The notes under the pieces are model-generated. The model saw only the letters and a program-made list of their open reading frames with translations, was not told the DNA's origin and did no database searches. From the NCBI GenBank assembly GCA_002405835.1, contig DHMO01000002.1:9531-73530 (forward strand): a DNA stretch of 64,000 nt, in the 5' to 3' direction. Origin of the DNA: Lentisphaeria bacterium UBA4640 (lineage in GTDB: Bacteria > Verrucomicrobiota > Lentisphaeria > Victivallales > UBA1829). This document shows positions 27,105 to 36,166 of the stretch, piece after piece; position 1 is the stretch's first letter; every line of letters begins with the position of its first letter. The translations under genes and the position numbers were made by a program.

Positions 27105-27141
27105 AAAACGCAAAAGGCGGCCGGGATCGCTCCCGACCGCC
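27105..27141 (-). terminator. Intrinsic-terminator-like hairpin, best read on the minus strand
   Basis: 11-bp stem GGCGGCCGGGA / TCCCGACCGCC (one G-U pair) with a 4-nt loop. On the minus strand it is followed by TTTTGCGTTTT. Confidence 0.5.
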
Positions 27142-27588
27142 AGCAGAAACCCTTTTTCGGCATACCGAGGGTTCGTATCCTCACACGAAAAAATCGAATT
27201 TAGGATTATGGATAACCTCGCAAGTTACAATAGGGGTGTTTTGAGTGTAATTTTGATTTACCCCCGATGAAAAAGCGGATAGGGAACGGGAAACGGATAC
27301 CCCGAAAAATGGCTGAAAAAGGGCGGTGTTCGGTCTCTCAATTGACCAATTGAGATAAGGGTATCACAAAAAATCTGAAGTCTCCCCAGGAAATCGCCAA
27401 AAACGCCGGAAAAACTCAGAATTTCGGCCGATTCTCAGAATTATTCCGGCAAAATCAGCCGCTCGACGGATTCTGAGTGTGTTTCATGCACACGGTCAGA
27501 AAAGTTATAAAACCCTTTGAGTAAACGAGTTTTAGCGGAAGTCAGAATTTTTCACTTCTCGGGGTAGATTGGAAAAAGGCAAAAAAAA

Positions 27589-27680
27589 TGGCGGAGAGAG
27601 CGGGATTCGAACCCGCGGTACGATGTTACTCGTACGACGGTTTAGCAAACCGTTCCTTTCGGCCACTCAGGCATCTCTCC
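27589..27680 (-). tRNA. tRNA-Ser (anticodon GCT), class II with a long variable arm and encoded CCA
   Basis: The reverse complement reads GGAGAGA-TG-CCTGAGTGGCCGAAAGGA-ACGGT-TTGCTAA-ACCGT-(variable arm CGTACGAGTAACATCGTACC)-GCGGGTTCGAATCCCGC-TCTCTCC-G-CCA. The anticodon loop TTGCTAA gives GCT. Confidence 0.9.
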
Positions 27681-27698
27681 GCATGGAATGATAAATGT

Positions 27699-27726
27699 AA
27701 TATAACCCCTCCAAGCATAAATGCAA
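27699..27726 (-). promoter_or_regulatory. Possible promoter for tRNA-Ser
   Basis: Minus strand TTGCAT, 16-nt spacer, TATATT, about 18 nt upstream of the mature 5' end. Confidence 0.35.
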
Positions 27727-27788
27727 GCTCGAAAATAAAAAATATTTCAAATTTTCAGGCACTTAGAAATAAAAATAATTTTTCCGCC

Positions 27789-27816
27789 TTGAAAATTCCG
27801 TTTTCAGGGCTATACT
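27789..27816 (+). promoter_or_regulatory. Sigma70-like promoter for the lipase/acyltransferase operon
   Basis: TTGAAA, 16-nt spacer, TATACT. GGGGGA RBS before the ATG at 27845. Confidence 0.5.
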
Positions 27817-27844
27817 CTCTTCAACCGGATAAGGGAAGGGGGAT

Positions 27845-29359
27845 ATGATGGATACCGAAGATCTGAAACATAAAGCGCTGATGTGCGCTCTGCCCGCTAT
27901 GATGCTGCTCAATTCCTGTGGAACCGTCGAATCCGGTTCCTATCAGGACCCGAAAGTCAATTCGCAGGTCGTCTACTCCGAAGTTATGAAAAAATCCATG
28001 GAGTATGAGGGACCCGCACGGAATCCGGTTATCGTCATTCACGGACTTCTCGGTTCCAAACTCGTCGACGGGAAGGGCGTCAATATCTGGGGAAGTTTCT
28101 CGCTCGGGGAGATGCTCTCGGGAAACAAACTTTCGCGACTGGCTCATCCGATGGAGTATGGCGTGCCGCTCTCTTCTCTCCGCTCGGCGGTTCATCCGCG
28201 CGGGCTGCTCGACCGTTCCCAGATACGGGTCCTCGGGCTTTCCTTCGATTACGAGGGATACAACACGCTCGTCGACACGCTCGCCGCGAGCGGATTCGTC
28301 CCCGACGACCGTCCGCTTCCGAACAATAAAAAATTCTATTCGCAGTTCATCTTCTATTATGACTGGCGCCGCGATATTTCGGAAAACGCCGCACGGCTCA
28401 AAGAGTTCATTCTTGAGAAGAAACACTATCTTCAGGCTGTCTACGACGAACTCTACGGGCTGCGGAACTATGACGTCCATTTCGATCTTATCGGGCACAG
28501 CATGGGCGGGCTCGTCGCGCGGTATTTCATGCGTTACGGCGGCACGCGGCTTGCCGATGACGGTTCGCTGCCGCCGCTGAACTGGGAGGGCGCAAAGTTT
28601 GTCGACAGGGTCGTCATCATCGCCACGCCGAATGCGGGCTATCCCGACACCTTTCTGGAACTCGTCGAAGGACTCCGCCTGACAGCGGCCGCGCCGGTTT
28701 ATCCGAAAGCCGTCATCGGATCTTTCACTTCCTATTATGAAATGCTTCCGGATCCGGAGAACCGCTGCATCGTCTATGCCGGGTCGGGCGATCCGGTCGA
28801 CTATCTGAATCCTGAACTTTGGCTCCGCTACAAGTGGGGGCTCGCCGATCCCGCCGAAGATGAATGGCTCAAGGTGCTCCTCCCCGGTGTCGCAACGAAA
28901 GAGGAACGTTACCGGGTTGCGCTGGATCATCTGAAGAAGAATCTTGCAAAGGCGCGTCAGTTCAAAGCCGCCATGCGGGTTCCCGCTGTGCGTCCGGAGA
29001 GCGTTTCCTCGTATCTGTTTGTCGGCGACTCGCATTTGACCAACTCCGAACTGGAAGTCAATCCGGAGACCGGCCGGGTCACGGTTGCGAAACGGAGCGC
29101 GGGCGACGGCAAGATTCCCGCAATGAGCGTGCGTCTTGATTCCCGGTCGGCGGAAAACTGGCTTCCGTACCCTGTCTCTCCGGTAGACTGGACAGCAGTT
29201 TACCATTTTCCCGGCGGGCACATGGGAATCATGAACAGCGCGGTTTTCAAAAGCAACCTTTCGTATATTCTCCTTTCATCGCCGACTGCGCATCAGAAAG
29301 CGGACAGAAAGGTTTTCGAGGAGCTGATCCGGAAAGGTGAAGATGACAGGAACCGTTGA
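27845..29359 (+). CDS. Putative lipoprotein lipase/esterase (alpha/beta hydrolase, LCAT/PGAP1-like)
   Basis: The N-terminus ALPAMMLLNSCG is lipobox-like. VIVIHGLLGSKL is the oxyanion region. DLIGHSMGGLVARYF is a GHSMGG lipase elbow. Confidence 0.75.
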   Translation: MMDTEDLKHKALMCALPAMMLLNSCGTVESGSYQDPKVNSQVVYSEVMKKSMEYEGPARNPVIVIHGLLGSKLVDGKGVNIWGSFSLGEMLSGNKLSRLAHPMEYGVPLSSLRSAVHPRGLLDRSQIRVLGLSFDYEGYNTLVDTLAASGFVPDDRPLPNNKKFYSQFIFYYDWRRDISENAARLKEFILEKKHYLQAVYDELYGLRNYDVHFDLIGHSMGGLVARYFMRYGGTRLADDGSLPPLNWEGAKFVDRVVIIATPNAGYPDTFLELVEGLRLTAAAPVYPKAVIGSFTSYYEMLPDPENRCIVYAGSGDPVDYLNPELWLRYKWGLADPAEDEWLKVLLPGVATKEERYRVALDHLKKNLAKARQFKAAMRVPAVRPESVSSYLFVGDSHLTNSELEVNPETGRVTVAKRSAGDGKIPAMSVRLDSRSAENWLPYPVSPVDWTAVYHFPGGHMGIMNSAVFKSNLSYILLSSPTAHQKADRKVFEELIRKGEDDRNR

Positions 29360-31850
29360 GCCGCGTCCGGAATACACGCATCTCCGGATCGGGGATGATA
29401 TCGTCGCCTGCCGTGATTCGGGAGGAACGGGACCCGTTGTGCTGTTTCTGCACGGGTTCGCTTCGTTTTCGTGGACGTGGGAAGCGGTTGTGCATCAGCT
29501 CCCGCCGAATCTCCGCTGCATTCGTCCGGATTTCGCCGGGTTCGGATTTTCTCTCGCGGATCCGGAAAAAACTCTTTCGGTCTATGAGCAGGCGGAACTG
29601 ATCAAACGTCTCATCTTTCATCTTGACCTGCACCGTATAACGCTGGTCGGACACGGCTACGGAGGAGTGGTTGCGATGCTTCTCGCGCCGGATCCGCGGA
29701 TTCTGTCGCGTCTGGACCGCATCTGCCTGATTGCGACTCGTCCGCCGGATGAGGTCGTGCCGGATTACATCATGAAACTTGCCTCGCTCTCGCTGACGGG
29801 CGGCGGACGGGTGCTTGAGTTTGCGCGCTCTCGTTTTCTTGCGCGTGTTCTGCTGCGGTATGTCTATGGGCGCGACTCGGTGATTCCGGAGCATACGCTG
29901 GATGTCTACTCCGGCATGCTGCGCCATCCCGGAAGGCTGGATTCGATTATCCGTGCGGCGGGGGAATACATCCGCAATCCGGAGAATGAAAATCTGGCGG
30001 AATCGCTTTCCGGCATAGAGCTTCCGACCCTGATTCTGATCGGGGAGAAGGACACGATGCTGCCGCAGGAGTCGCAGGAAGCGTTCGGACGGCTGCTGCA
30101 CAATTCGCGGACGCTGCGTCTTCCCGGCTGCGGGCATATTCCGCAGGAGGAGGCTCCGGAGACGGTCGCGAAACTTCTGACGGTGTTTATCGGGCGGCGG
30201 ATGCCCGATGCGCCTGTCGCGGCTCTGCCGAAACCTGCGGCGCCGGAGCCGAAACGGGGGATTCTTCTCTTCAGCCGGCTGTTCGACCGCTGGTGTCCGG
30301 GGATGCTTCCGGTGATCGCCTGCCTGCGTCTGCTCCAGTTCTTCCGTCTGCTCGGTCTCCGTGCAGAGGCGCACGGCTGGCGCAAACTGACCACCGTTTT
30401 CCTGCGCGGCGAATACTCAAAGTTCATGCTTGCCAGTTTTCGTCTGGACTACTGCTCCGGAGCTGTTCCTGCATCGGTTGAAGCGGCGCGCGGATTGCTT
30501 CTCCGGAAGCTCTACGGTTTTCTGCTGATTCATCAGGAGCTGCACTGGACGGTTGAGCCCGGGATCTTTTCGTTCGGACGCCGCCGCATTTCAACCTGCG
30601 ACATTGTGGAAGCGCGGGTCGATTGCAGCGGTTCCCTGCTTTCGCTTTCTCCTCTGTTTGACCGCCGGAATCCGCATTTCAATCTTTCGGAAGCGCAGAT
30701 GGAGGAGGCGTTGGATGCTGTGGTCCGCATCTGCAATCAGTTTCATGAAGTAAACACAAAGGCGCGCCCGGGGCTGATAAAGACCGCGCTGAAAGCGTGG
30801 GTGCGGAGCCGATATGACCGTCTGCACATTCTGACCCGGCGGAATGTGCAGCGTTTTGTGGAACGTGTCATGAGTGCGGCTTTTATTTTTATTGAAATTC
30901 TTCCGTCTCCTGAAGAGGGGATGGCGCGCCGCCGCTTCCGTATGCCGAATCTGCGGAACGTGCGTCACCCCGGGTGGGGAATGCTCTGCATCGCCGCGCG
31001 CTTTACAGCGGATCTGCGCGAAGCCGACCTCTGGTTTCAGTTTAACCACATCACCGCGGACGGAGCTCCGATGCAGGAGGTCCTCGACGATCTGAAGCGT
31101 CAGTGGGGGGCGGTCGGTCCTGTCGTCTATCCCGCGCTCAACGGGTTGGTTTCCGCTCCGGAAACGCAGAACTGCGGTGACGGCATTTATCGCGCGCGCG
31201 TCTATATAAATATGACTCCGCTTCTGCGTCTGCGGAAATTTTTAAACGAGCGTTATACGACGCAGATGAACGGCGCCGCCTCGCTTGCCGGTCTGCTGAT
31301 GTGGGGGCTTGCGGATCATCCCGTTTTTCGCGACCGGAAGATGCTGCTGCCGATTGACGCCGGAATTTTGCAGTCGGGTGAACGCGAACTGGGACTTCTG
31401 ATTATCCGTCCGGGCTTTTACCGTTCGGAGAGCGCTTCCCTGCGCGGTTTTTTGCGTTTCCAGAAGGAGATGAACCGGAGGATGGCGGATGCGCGTCACG
31501 GCTACGGTGAGAGTCATGAATTTCTTTCGCTCTGCACGATGCTGCATCCGTTTTTCTATCATGTCGCGAATATTCTTGCGCCGTTTTCGCTGAATGAAAT
31601 CGTGGGAACGATGGGAATTTCGATTATCCGGGATGCGGAAATGTTTATCAGCCCCATGACGGATTTTCAGAAGGACGGTTTTGTGACGCTCGGTTCGGTC
31701 CGCATTCCGACGGAGAACGGCGGTCATGCGGGAGCTCTGTGCATCTGCGGTTCGCGTCCGCAAATCCGGAATTACCTTGCCGCGGTGCGCCGTTTTATCC
31801 GTCATTATCCGGAGACATTGGGGCTTTCTGACGAAAATTTTTCTGAATAA
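29337..31850 (+). CDS. Fusion protein (837 aa): alpha/beta-hydrolase-fold domain lacking the serine nucleophile, joined to an HxxxDG acyltransferase domain (condensation/WS-DGAT/CAT superfamily-like)
   Basis: VVLFLHGFASFSW, the elbow ITLVGHGYGG (Gly where Ser is expected), and GCGHIPQEEAPE (catalytic-His region retained). LWFQFNHITADGAPMQEVLDDL at about residue 570 is an HxxxDG motif. The gene overlaps the lipase gene by 23 nt. Confidence 0.7.
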   Translation: MKMTGTVEPRPEYTHLRIGDDIVACRDSGGTGPVVLFLHGFASFSWTWEAVVHQLPPNLRCIRPDFAGFGFSLADPEKTLSVYEQAELIKRLIFHLDLHRITLVGHGYGGVVAMLLAPDPRILSRLDRICLIATRPPDEVVPDYIMKLASLSLTGGGRVLEFARSRFLARVLLRYVYGRDSVIPEHTLDVYSGMLRHPGRLDSIIRAAGEYIRNPENENLAESLSGIELPTLILIGEKDTMLPQESQEAFGRLLHNSRTLRLPGCGHIPQEEAPETVAKLLTVFIGRRMPDAPVAALPKPAAPEPKRGILLFSRLFDRWCPGMLPVIACLRLLQFFRLLGLRAEAHGWRKLTTVFLRGEYSKFMLASFRLDYCSGAVPASVEAARGLLLRKLYGFLLIHQELHWTVEPGIFSFGRRRISTCDIVEARVDCSGSLLSLSPLFDRRNPHFNLSEAQMEEALDAVVRICNQFHEVNTKARPGLIKTALKAWVRSRYDRLHILTRRNVQRFVERVMSAAFIFIEILPSPEEGMARRRFRMPNLRNVRHPGWGMLCIAARFTADLREADLWFQFNHITADGAPMQEVLDDLKRQWGAVGPVVYPALNGLVSAPETQNCGDGIYRARVYINMTPLLRLRKFLNERYTTQMNGAASLAGLLMWGLADHPVFRDRKMLLPIDAGILQSGERELGLLIIRPGFYRSESASLRGFLRFQKEMNRRMADARHGYGESHEFLSLCTMLHPFFYHVANILAPFSLNEIVGTMGISIIRDAEMFISPMTDFQKDGFVTLGSVRIPTENGGHAGALCICGSRPQIRNYLAAVRRFIRHYPETLGLSDENFSE

Positions 31851-31874
31851 TTGCAGTTTTCGGCGGAGTTTTAT

Positions 31875-31903
31875 TTGCAAAAAATGCGGTGCTGTGGTAT
31901 TAT
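31875..31903 (+). promoter_or_regulatory. Strong sigma70-like promoter with extended -10
   Basis: TTGCAA, 17-nt spacer ending in TGG, then TATTAT. Confidence 0.6.
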
Positions 31904-31938
31904 AGAAGCCTGAAAGTCATGGAGAGTCACCGGGTCAG

Positions 31939-32727
31939 ATGACGAAAAACAAAAAAAATTTTAAAAAAAATTGGAATTTTCTCAGAAGTGGAGTTATATT
32001 AATAGCTCTGTATGGGAGTATCCTGCCCGGATTGCGGGCTGAGGAGCATGACCAGACGAAAGACCTTGCGAAGATTCAGGCGGAAAATGAGCGTCTGAAG
32101 AGAGAAAATTCGGAGCTTCGGAGAACACTGGAGCGTCTGAAAACCGAGTTCCGGGAGGAAAGCGGAGTCCTTCGCAGGGAGCTGATTGAAACACTTGACA
32201 AGTATTCGACGCAGGCCGGTCGATTGAAGCGCGTGGAAAAAAGTGCAGCCGGGACCATCGAAACCCTTGAGCCGGTGTATATGGGCACCAGGGAGATGGA
32301 CCTGGAAGCTGATTTAAAGACCTGCGCGGAATCGATTGGGCGGCTCTCCGTGGCAGTTTTGAAGTATTGCGATGAAGCCGCCGCGATGATTTCCTCCGCT
32401 GTACCGAATACTTTGGAAGCCGCAAGGCTGCGCCTGAAGATCGAGACTTTGAAAGAACATGCGATGAAGGCCGCATTGCTTGCGGCGCCCGCGAAACCTC
32501 CGGAAAAACTGGAGGTTTGCCGGATTTATGAACTGAACGGGAAGCCCGAACTTGTGATTCTGTCGGCGGGTTATCGGGATGGAATCCGGGCGGGGCAGAT
32601 CCTGAGAACGGATAAAGCCGTGCTGAAAGTGGTCGCTTTGAGAAATTTCACAAGCGCCGCAGTGGTTGCGGAAGGCCGGTTTCAGGAGCTGGCGCCGGGA
32701 ATGGAAGTACGGGCGTCGGGAAAGTGA
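31939..32727 (+). CDS. Signal-anchored coiled-coil protein of unknown function (262 aa)
   Basis: Basic N-terminus plus hydrophobic segment SGVILIALYGSILPGL. Heptad-like region AKIQAENERLKRENSELRRTLERLKTEF. C-terminal beta-rich domain. Confidence 0.6.
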   Translation: MTKNKKNFKKNWNFLRSGVILIALYGSILPGLRAEEHDQTKDLAKIQAENERLKRENSELRRTLERLKTEFREESGVLRRELIETLDKYSTQAGRLKRVEKSAAGTIETLEPVYMGTREMDLEADLKTCAESIGRLSVAVLKYCDEAAAMISSAVPNTLEAARLRLKIETLKEHAMKAALLAAPAKPPEKLEVCRIYELNGKPELVILSAGYRDGIRAGQILRTDKAVLKVVALRNFTSAAVVAEGRFQELAPGMEVRASGK

Positions 32728-32733
32728 ACTCAG

Positions 32734-32755
32734 GAAAAGCTCATGGGAGCTTTTC
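32734..32755 (+). promoter_or_regulatory. Perfect 9-bp hairpin between the coiled-coil gene and rplV
   Basis: GAAAAGCTC-ATGG-GAGCTTTTC. No U-tract follows, so it is more likely a processing or attenuation element than a strong terminator. Confidence 0.35.
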
Positions 32756-32791
32756 AAAACATAAACAACCAAAAGAAATGAGAGAAGTAGA

Positions 32792-33127
32792 ATGGAAGTT
32801 CGGGCGATGACAAAATACGTCCACATCTCCCCGCAGAAGGCGTCTGACTTTTCCCGCACGATTCAGGGAAAGAAAGTCGTCGATGCGCTCGCGATGGTGG
32901 AGTTGAGTCCGAGAAAGGCAGCAAGACTTTTCGGTAAGACACTGAGAAGCGCGCTGGCAAACGCCGAAAACAACTACGAGCTCAAGAGAGAGTCCCTCAC
33001 AGTCAAGGAAGCGGTAGCCAATCCGGGCCCGATGCTGAGAAGATTCCGTCCGAAAGCGCGTGGTATGGCCGGCAGAATCAGAAAACGTACGAGCCACTTC
33101 ACGGTGGTTCTGACGGATGAGAAATAA
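32792..33127 (+). CDS. rplV: 50S ribosomal protein L22
   Basis: [35 protein letters not shown]...[19 protein letters not shown]. Confidence 0.95.
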   Translation: MEVRAMTKYVHISPQKASDFSRTIQGKKVVDALAMVELSPRKAARLFGKTLRSALANAENNYELKRESLTVKEAVANPGPMLRRFRPKARGMAGRIRKRTSHFTVVLTDEK

Positions 33128-33141
33128 GGAAGGGTCTGATA

Positions 33142-33843
33142 GTGGGTCAGAAGGTTAATCCGATTGGACTGAGATTGGCTCTGAACAAGAACTGGAGTTC
33201 TCATTGGTTCGCAAGAAAAGACAATAAGAACAACTTCGGTGATTGGCTTCACGAAGATCTCAAGATTCGTTCTTACATCAAAAAGAATTTCAACAACGCC
33301 GCTATTTCGAAGATTCTGGTGGAGCGTTACGGAACCCGCGTTCGCGTGACGATCTATGCGGCGCGCCCCGGCATCCTGATCGGCCGCAAGGGAGCGGAAC
33401 TTGATGCGCTGAAAGCCAGCGTTTCCAAGCTGCTTGCCCAGGGTGAAGAGCTGATTCTCGATGTTGTCGAGATCAAGCAGCCGGAAACGAACGCTCAGCT
33501 TGTCGCTGAGAGTGTTGCTCAGCAGCTGGAACGCCGTATCGGCTTCCGCCGCGCGATGAAGAAAGCGATTCAGGTTGCAATGGAACTGGGTGCGGAAGGC
33601 ATCAAGATTCATTGTGCGGGCCGTCTCGGCGGTGCCGAACTTGCGCGTACTGAGCAGTACAAAGAGGGAAGAACTCCTCTCCACACACTGAAGGCCCATA
33701 TTGATTATGGGTTCACCGAAGCCAACACGACCGCTGGAAAGATCGGCGTGAAGGTCTGGATTTGTCATAAAGAGCCTACGGAGGAAATGCAAAATGCCGT
33801 TAATGCCAAAAAGAGTAAAGCACAGAAAGGTTCAGCGCGGTAA
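33142..33843 (+). CDS. rpsC: 30S ribosomal protein S3 (GTG start)
   Basis: [12 protein letters not shown]...KH and S3-C domains, with a lysine-rich tail. Confidence 0.95.
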   Translation: MGQKVNPIGLRLALNKNWSSHWFARKDNKNNFGDWLHEDLKIRSYIKKNFNNAAISKILVERYGTRVRVTIYAARPGILIGRKGAELDALKASVSKLLAQGEELILDVVEIKQPETNAQLVAESVAQQLERRIGFRRAMKKAIQVAMELGAEGIKIHCAGRLGGAELARTEQYKEGRTPLHTLKAHIDYGFTEANTTAGKIGVKVWICHKEPTEEMQNAVNAKKSKAQKGSAR

Positions 33844-34213
33844 CAACAGGGGTCTTTCGCAGAGATGCAACGAACTCGATTTCGGCGAATTCGGACTCCA
33901 GACACTTGAGCGCACCTATCTGACCGCAAACCAGATTGAAGCCGCCCGTGTGGCGATTACCCGCCATATGAAACGCCGCGGTAAAGTTTGGATCAGAGTG
34001 TTCCCCTACAAGCCGTACACCAAGAAACCCTTGGAAGTCCGTATGGGTAAGGGAAAAGGAAACGTGGAATATTGGGTTGCTCCGATCAAGCCGGGAAGAA
34101 TGCTCTTCGAGGTTAGCGGATGCACGGAAAACGTGGCGAAAGAGGCAATGAGCCTTGCCGCCGCAAAGCTCCCGATCAAATGCAAATTCATCATGCGTAC
34201 GCATGCTGTCTGA
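33803..34213 (+). CDS. rplP: 50S ribosomal protein L16
   Basis: [13 protein letters not shown].... The alternative start is 33794. Either start overlaps the rpsC 3' end by 41-50 nt in another frame. Confidence 0.9.
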   Translation: MPKRVKHRKVQRGNNRGLSQRCNELDFGEFGLQTLERTYLTANQIEAARVAITRHMKRRGKVWIRVFPYKPYTKKPLEVRMGKGKGNVEYWVAPIKPGRMLFEVSGCTENVAKEAMSLAAAKLPIKCKFIMRTHAV

Positions 34214-34229
34214 TTGGAGAAACGTTACA

Positions 34230-34430
34230 ATGAAGATGAAAGACATCAAGGGACTGACTCCTGAGGAGATCGACGCCAAGGTCGCCGAGCTGCGCAAGGA
34301 ACACTTCACCCTCCGTCAGCAGTCCAAGACCGGAACTCTTGAGAATCCGGCCCGGATCCGTCAGATCCGCAAGGACATCGCAAGATGTTTGACTGAAAAG
34401 AACATCAGGGACGCGGCTGTGCAGGCCTGA
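34230..34430 (+). CDS. rpmC: 50S ribosomal protein L29
   Basis: Internal ATG of track ORF 34155..34430: MKMKDIKGLTPEEIDAKVAELRKEHFTLRQQ. Confidence 0.9.
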   Translation: MKMKDIKGLTPEEIDAKVAELRKEHFTLRQQSKTGTLENPARIRQIRKDIARCLTEKNIRDAAVQA

Positions 34431-34451
34431 TGATAACAAAGGAATTGTGCC

Positions 34452-34733
34452 ATGAATGAAACAAACAGCAGCGCACCGCAGGAACGCGGTAACCGCAAGC
34501 ACAGAGTCGGCATGGTGGTCAGCGACGTCCAGAACAAGACCATCATCGTCGAAGTGATGCGGAGAGCGGCGCACAAGAAATACAAGAAGGTCGTGAAAGT
34601 CCGTACGCGCTATGCCGTGCACGACGAGACGAATCAGGCGAAAGTCGGCGACACGGTCAGAATCGGCGAAACCAGACCCCTCAGCAAGCAGAAACGCTGG
34701 CGCCTTGAGGAAATTATCAGCCGCGCTGAATAA
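34452..34733 (+). CDS. rpsQ: 30S ribosomal protein S17
   Basis: [18 protein letters not shown]...[17 protein letters not shown]...[14 protein letters not shown]. Confidence 0.95.
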   Translation: MNETNSSAPQERGNRKHRVGMVVSDVQNKTIIVEVMRRAAHKKYKKVVKVRTRYAVHDETNQAKVGDTVRIGETRPLSKQKRWRLEEIISRAE

Positions 34734-34753
34734 GCGGGCGGGAGATTACTGCA

Positions 34754-35119
34754 ATGGTCCAAATGCAAACCAATATGGAAGTTGCCGACAACTCCGGAGC
34801 GAAACGCGTGACCGTCATTACGGTTCTCGGCCAGAAGCGCCGTTGTGCAAAGATCGGTGACATTGTGACTGCGGCTGTCAAGGAAGCTATCCCCGGCGGC
34901 GCTGTCAAGAAGGGCGACGTCGTCAAGTGCGTCATCGTCAGAACCGCTGCGAAGATCCGCCGCGAAGACGGCTCCTACCTCAGATTCGACGCCAACGCGG
35001 CTGTTGTGATCGACGATCAGAACAACCCGAAGGGCACCCGTATCTTCGGTCCTGTCGCCCGCGAACTTCGCGAGAAGAACTTTATGAAAATCATTTCGCT
35101 TGCTCCGGAGGTGCTCTGA
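34754..35119 (+). CDS. rplN: 50S ribosomal protein L14
   Basis: [19 protein letters not shown].... Confidence 0.95.
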   Translation: MVQMQTNMEVADNSGAKRVTVITVLGQKRRCAKIGDIVTAAVKEAIPGGAVKKGDVVKCVIVRTAAKIRREDGSYLRFDANAAVVIDDQNNPKGTRIFGPVARELREKNFMKIISLAPEVL

Positions 35120-35391
35120 TGTTTTCTGAGAAATGCGCGAAATCCTATCACGTCAAAAAAGGCGACGTGGTGGAAGTACTGAGCGGCGTGTGGAAAAAAG
35201 AGACCGGCAAGATCATCGCCGTCATCAAGAAGACGGACCGTGTCGTTCTTGAGATCCAGAGCGTCCCCGCTGAAAAACAGGCGGAGCGTCTCGGCAAGAA
35301 GACCGTCAAGAAATCCCAGGCGAACCCGAAGGGCGGACTTGTGGACAGAGCGGTGTCGGTTCATGTTTCTAACGTCAGGAAGAAAGACTGA
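35119..35391 (+). CDS. rplX: 50S ribosomal protein L24
   Basis: The ATG overlaps the rplN stop (TGATG). KOW motif [22 protein letters not shown]. Confidence 0.9.
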   Translation: MFSEKCAKSYHVKKGDVVEVLSGVWKKETGKIIAVIKKTDRVVLEIQSVPAEKQAERLGKKTVKKSQANPKGGLVDRAVSVHVSNVRKKD

Positions 35392-35411
35392 TTACAGATC
35401 GGAGAACAATT

Positions 35412-35948
35412 ATGCCTGACATGAAGAAAAAATACAACGAAGAAGTGGTTCCGGCTCTCAAGCAGAAGCTCGGCATCACCAATATTATGCAGGTGCCGAA
35501 GCTCCAGAAGATCGTTCTGAGCACCGGTATCAGCTCCAAAATGGAAAAAGACGCGATGGCTGAGGCCAGAACGCATCTTACCGCTCTTGCCGGACAGGCT
35601 CCTGTCACCTGCAAGGCGAAAAAGAACGTTGCCGGATTCAAACTCCGTGTTGGAATGCCGGTCGGCCTGATGGTCACGCTCCGCGGCAAAAAGATGTACG
35701 ACTTCCTCGACCGTTTCGTGCATAACGCTCTCCCCCGTGTGAGAGACTTCCGCGGCGTTCCGAACAAGGGATTTGACGGTGTCGGAAACTACAACCTCGG
35801 CGTGCCCGATGTTTCCATCTTCACCGAAATTGACCTCGAAAAGATCAAATATCCCCTCGGACTTAACTTAACAATGGTAACCAGCGCAAAGACCGATGCA
35901 GACGCCAAAGAGCTGCTCACTATGCTGGAAATCCCGTTTGCGCGCTGA
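35412..35948 (+). CDS. rplE: 50S ribosomal protein L5
   Basis: LKQKLGITNIMQVPKLQKIVLSTGI...RDFRGVP. Confidence 0.95.
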   Translation: MPDMKKKYNEEVVPALKQKLGITNIMQVPKLQKIVLSTGISSKMEKDAMAEARTHLTALAGQAPVTCKAKKNVAGFKLRVGMPVGLMVTLRGKKMYDFLDRFVHNALPRVRDFRGVPNKGFDGVGNYNLGVPDVSIFTEIDLEKIKYPLGLNLTMVTSAKTDADAKELLTMLEIPFAR

Positions 35949-35961
35949 AGGAGAATAGAAA

Positions 35962-36147
35962 ATGGCTAAGAAAAGTCTTATTGCCAAGCAGAAACGCGGA
36001 AGTAAGTTCGCTGTGCGGAACTACAACCGCTGCCAGGCTTGCGGCAGACCTCGCGCATACATCCGCAAATTCAAGCTTTGCCGTCTGTGCTTCCGCGAAC
36101 TGGCCCTCACCGGTCAGATCCCGGGCATCGTCAAGGCAAGCTGGTGA
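35962..36147 (+). CDS. rpsN: 30S ribosomal protein S14, zinc-binding type Z (61 aa)
   Basis: [23 protein letters not shown] contains the CxxC...CxxC pattern. Confidence 0.95.
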   Translation: MAKKSLIAKQKRGSKFAVRNYNRCQACGRPRAYIRKFKLCRLCFRELALTGQIPGIVKASW

Positions 36148-36166
36148 TGAAAGGTGGGCTTAGAAA

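Noticed and set aside
27160-27190. tRNA-like T-arm fragment (GAGGGTTCGTATCCTC) that could mark an att duplication
   Set aside because: Only about 4 bp of stem can form, with no acceptor or anticodon context. It is on the opposite strand to the tRNA-Ser 3' end, so it is not a direct repeat of that end.
24300-27700. Genomic island integrated at tRNA-Ser
   Set aside because: There is no integrase, no recognisable direct repeat of the tRNA 3' end at the distal boundary and no obvious GC shift in the coding genes. I kept it only as a weak possibility inside the findings.
27821-29221. 466-aa minus-strand ORF; also 29247-30374 (375 aa)
   Set aside because: Both are antisense to the lipase and fusion genes, which carry GHSMGG and HxxxDG motifs. 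There is no RBS or motif support.
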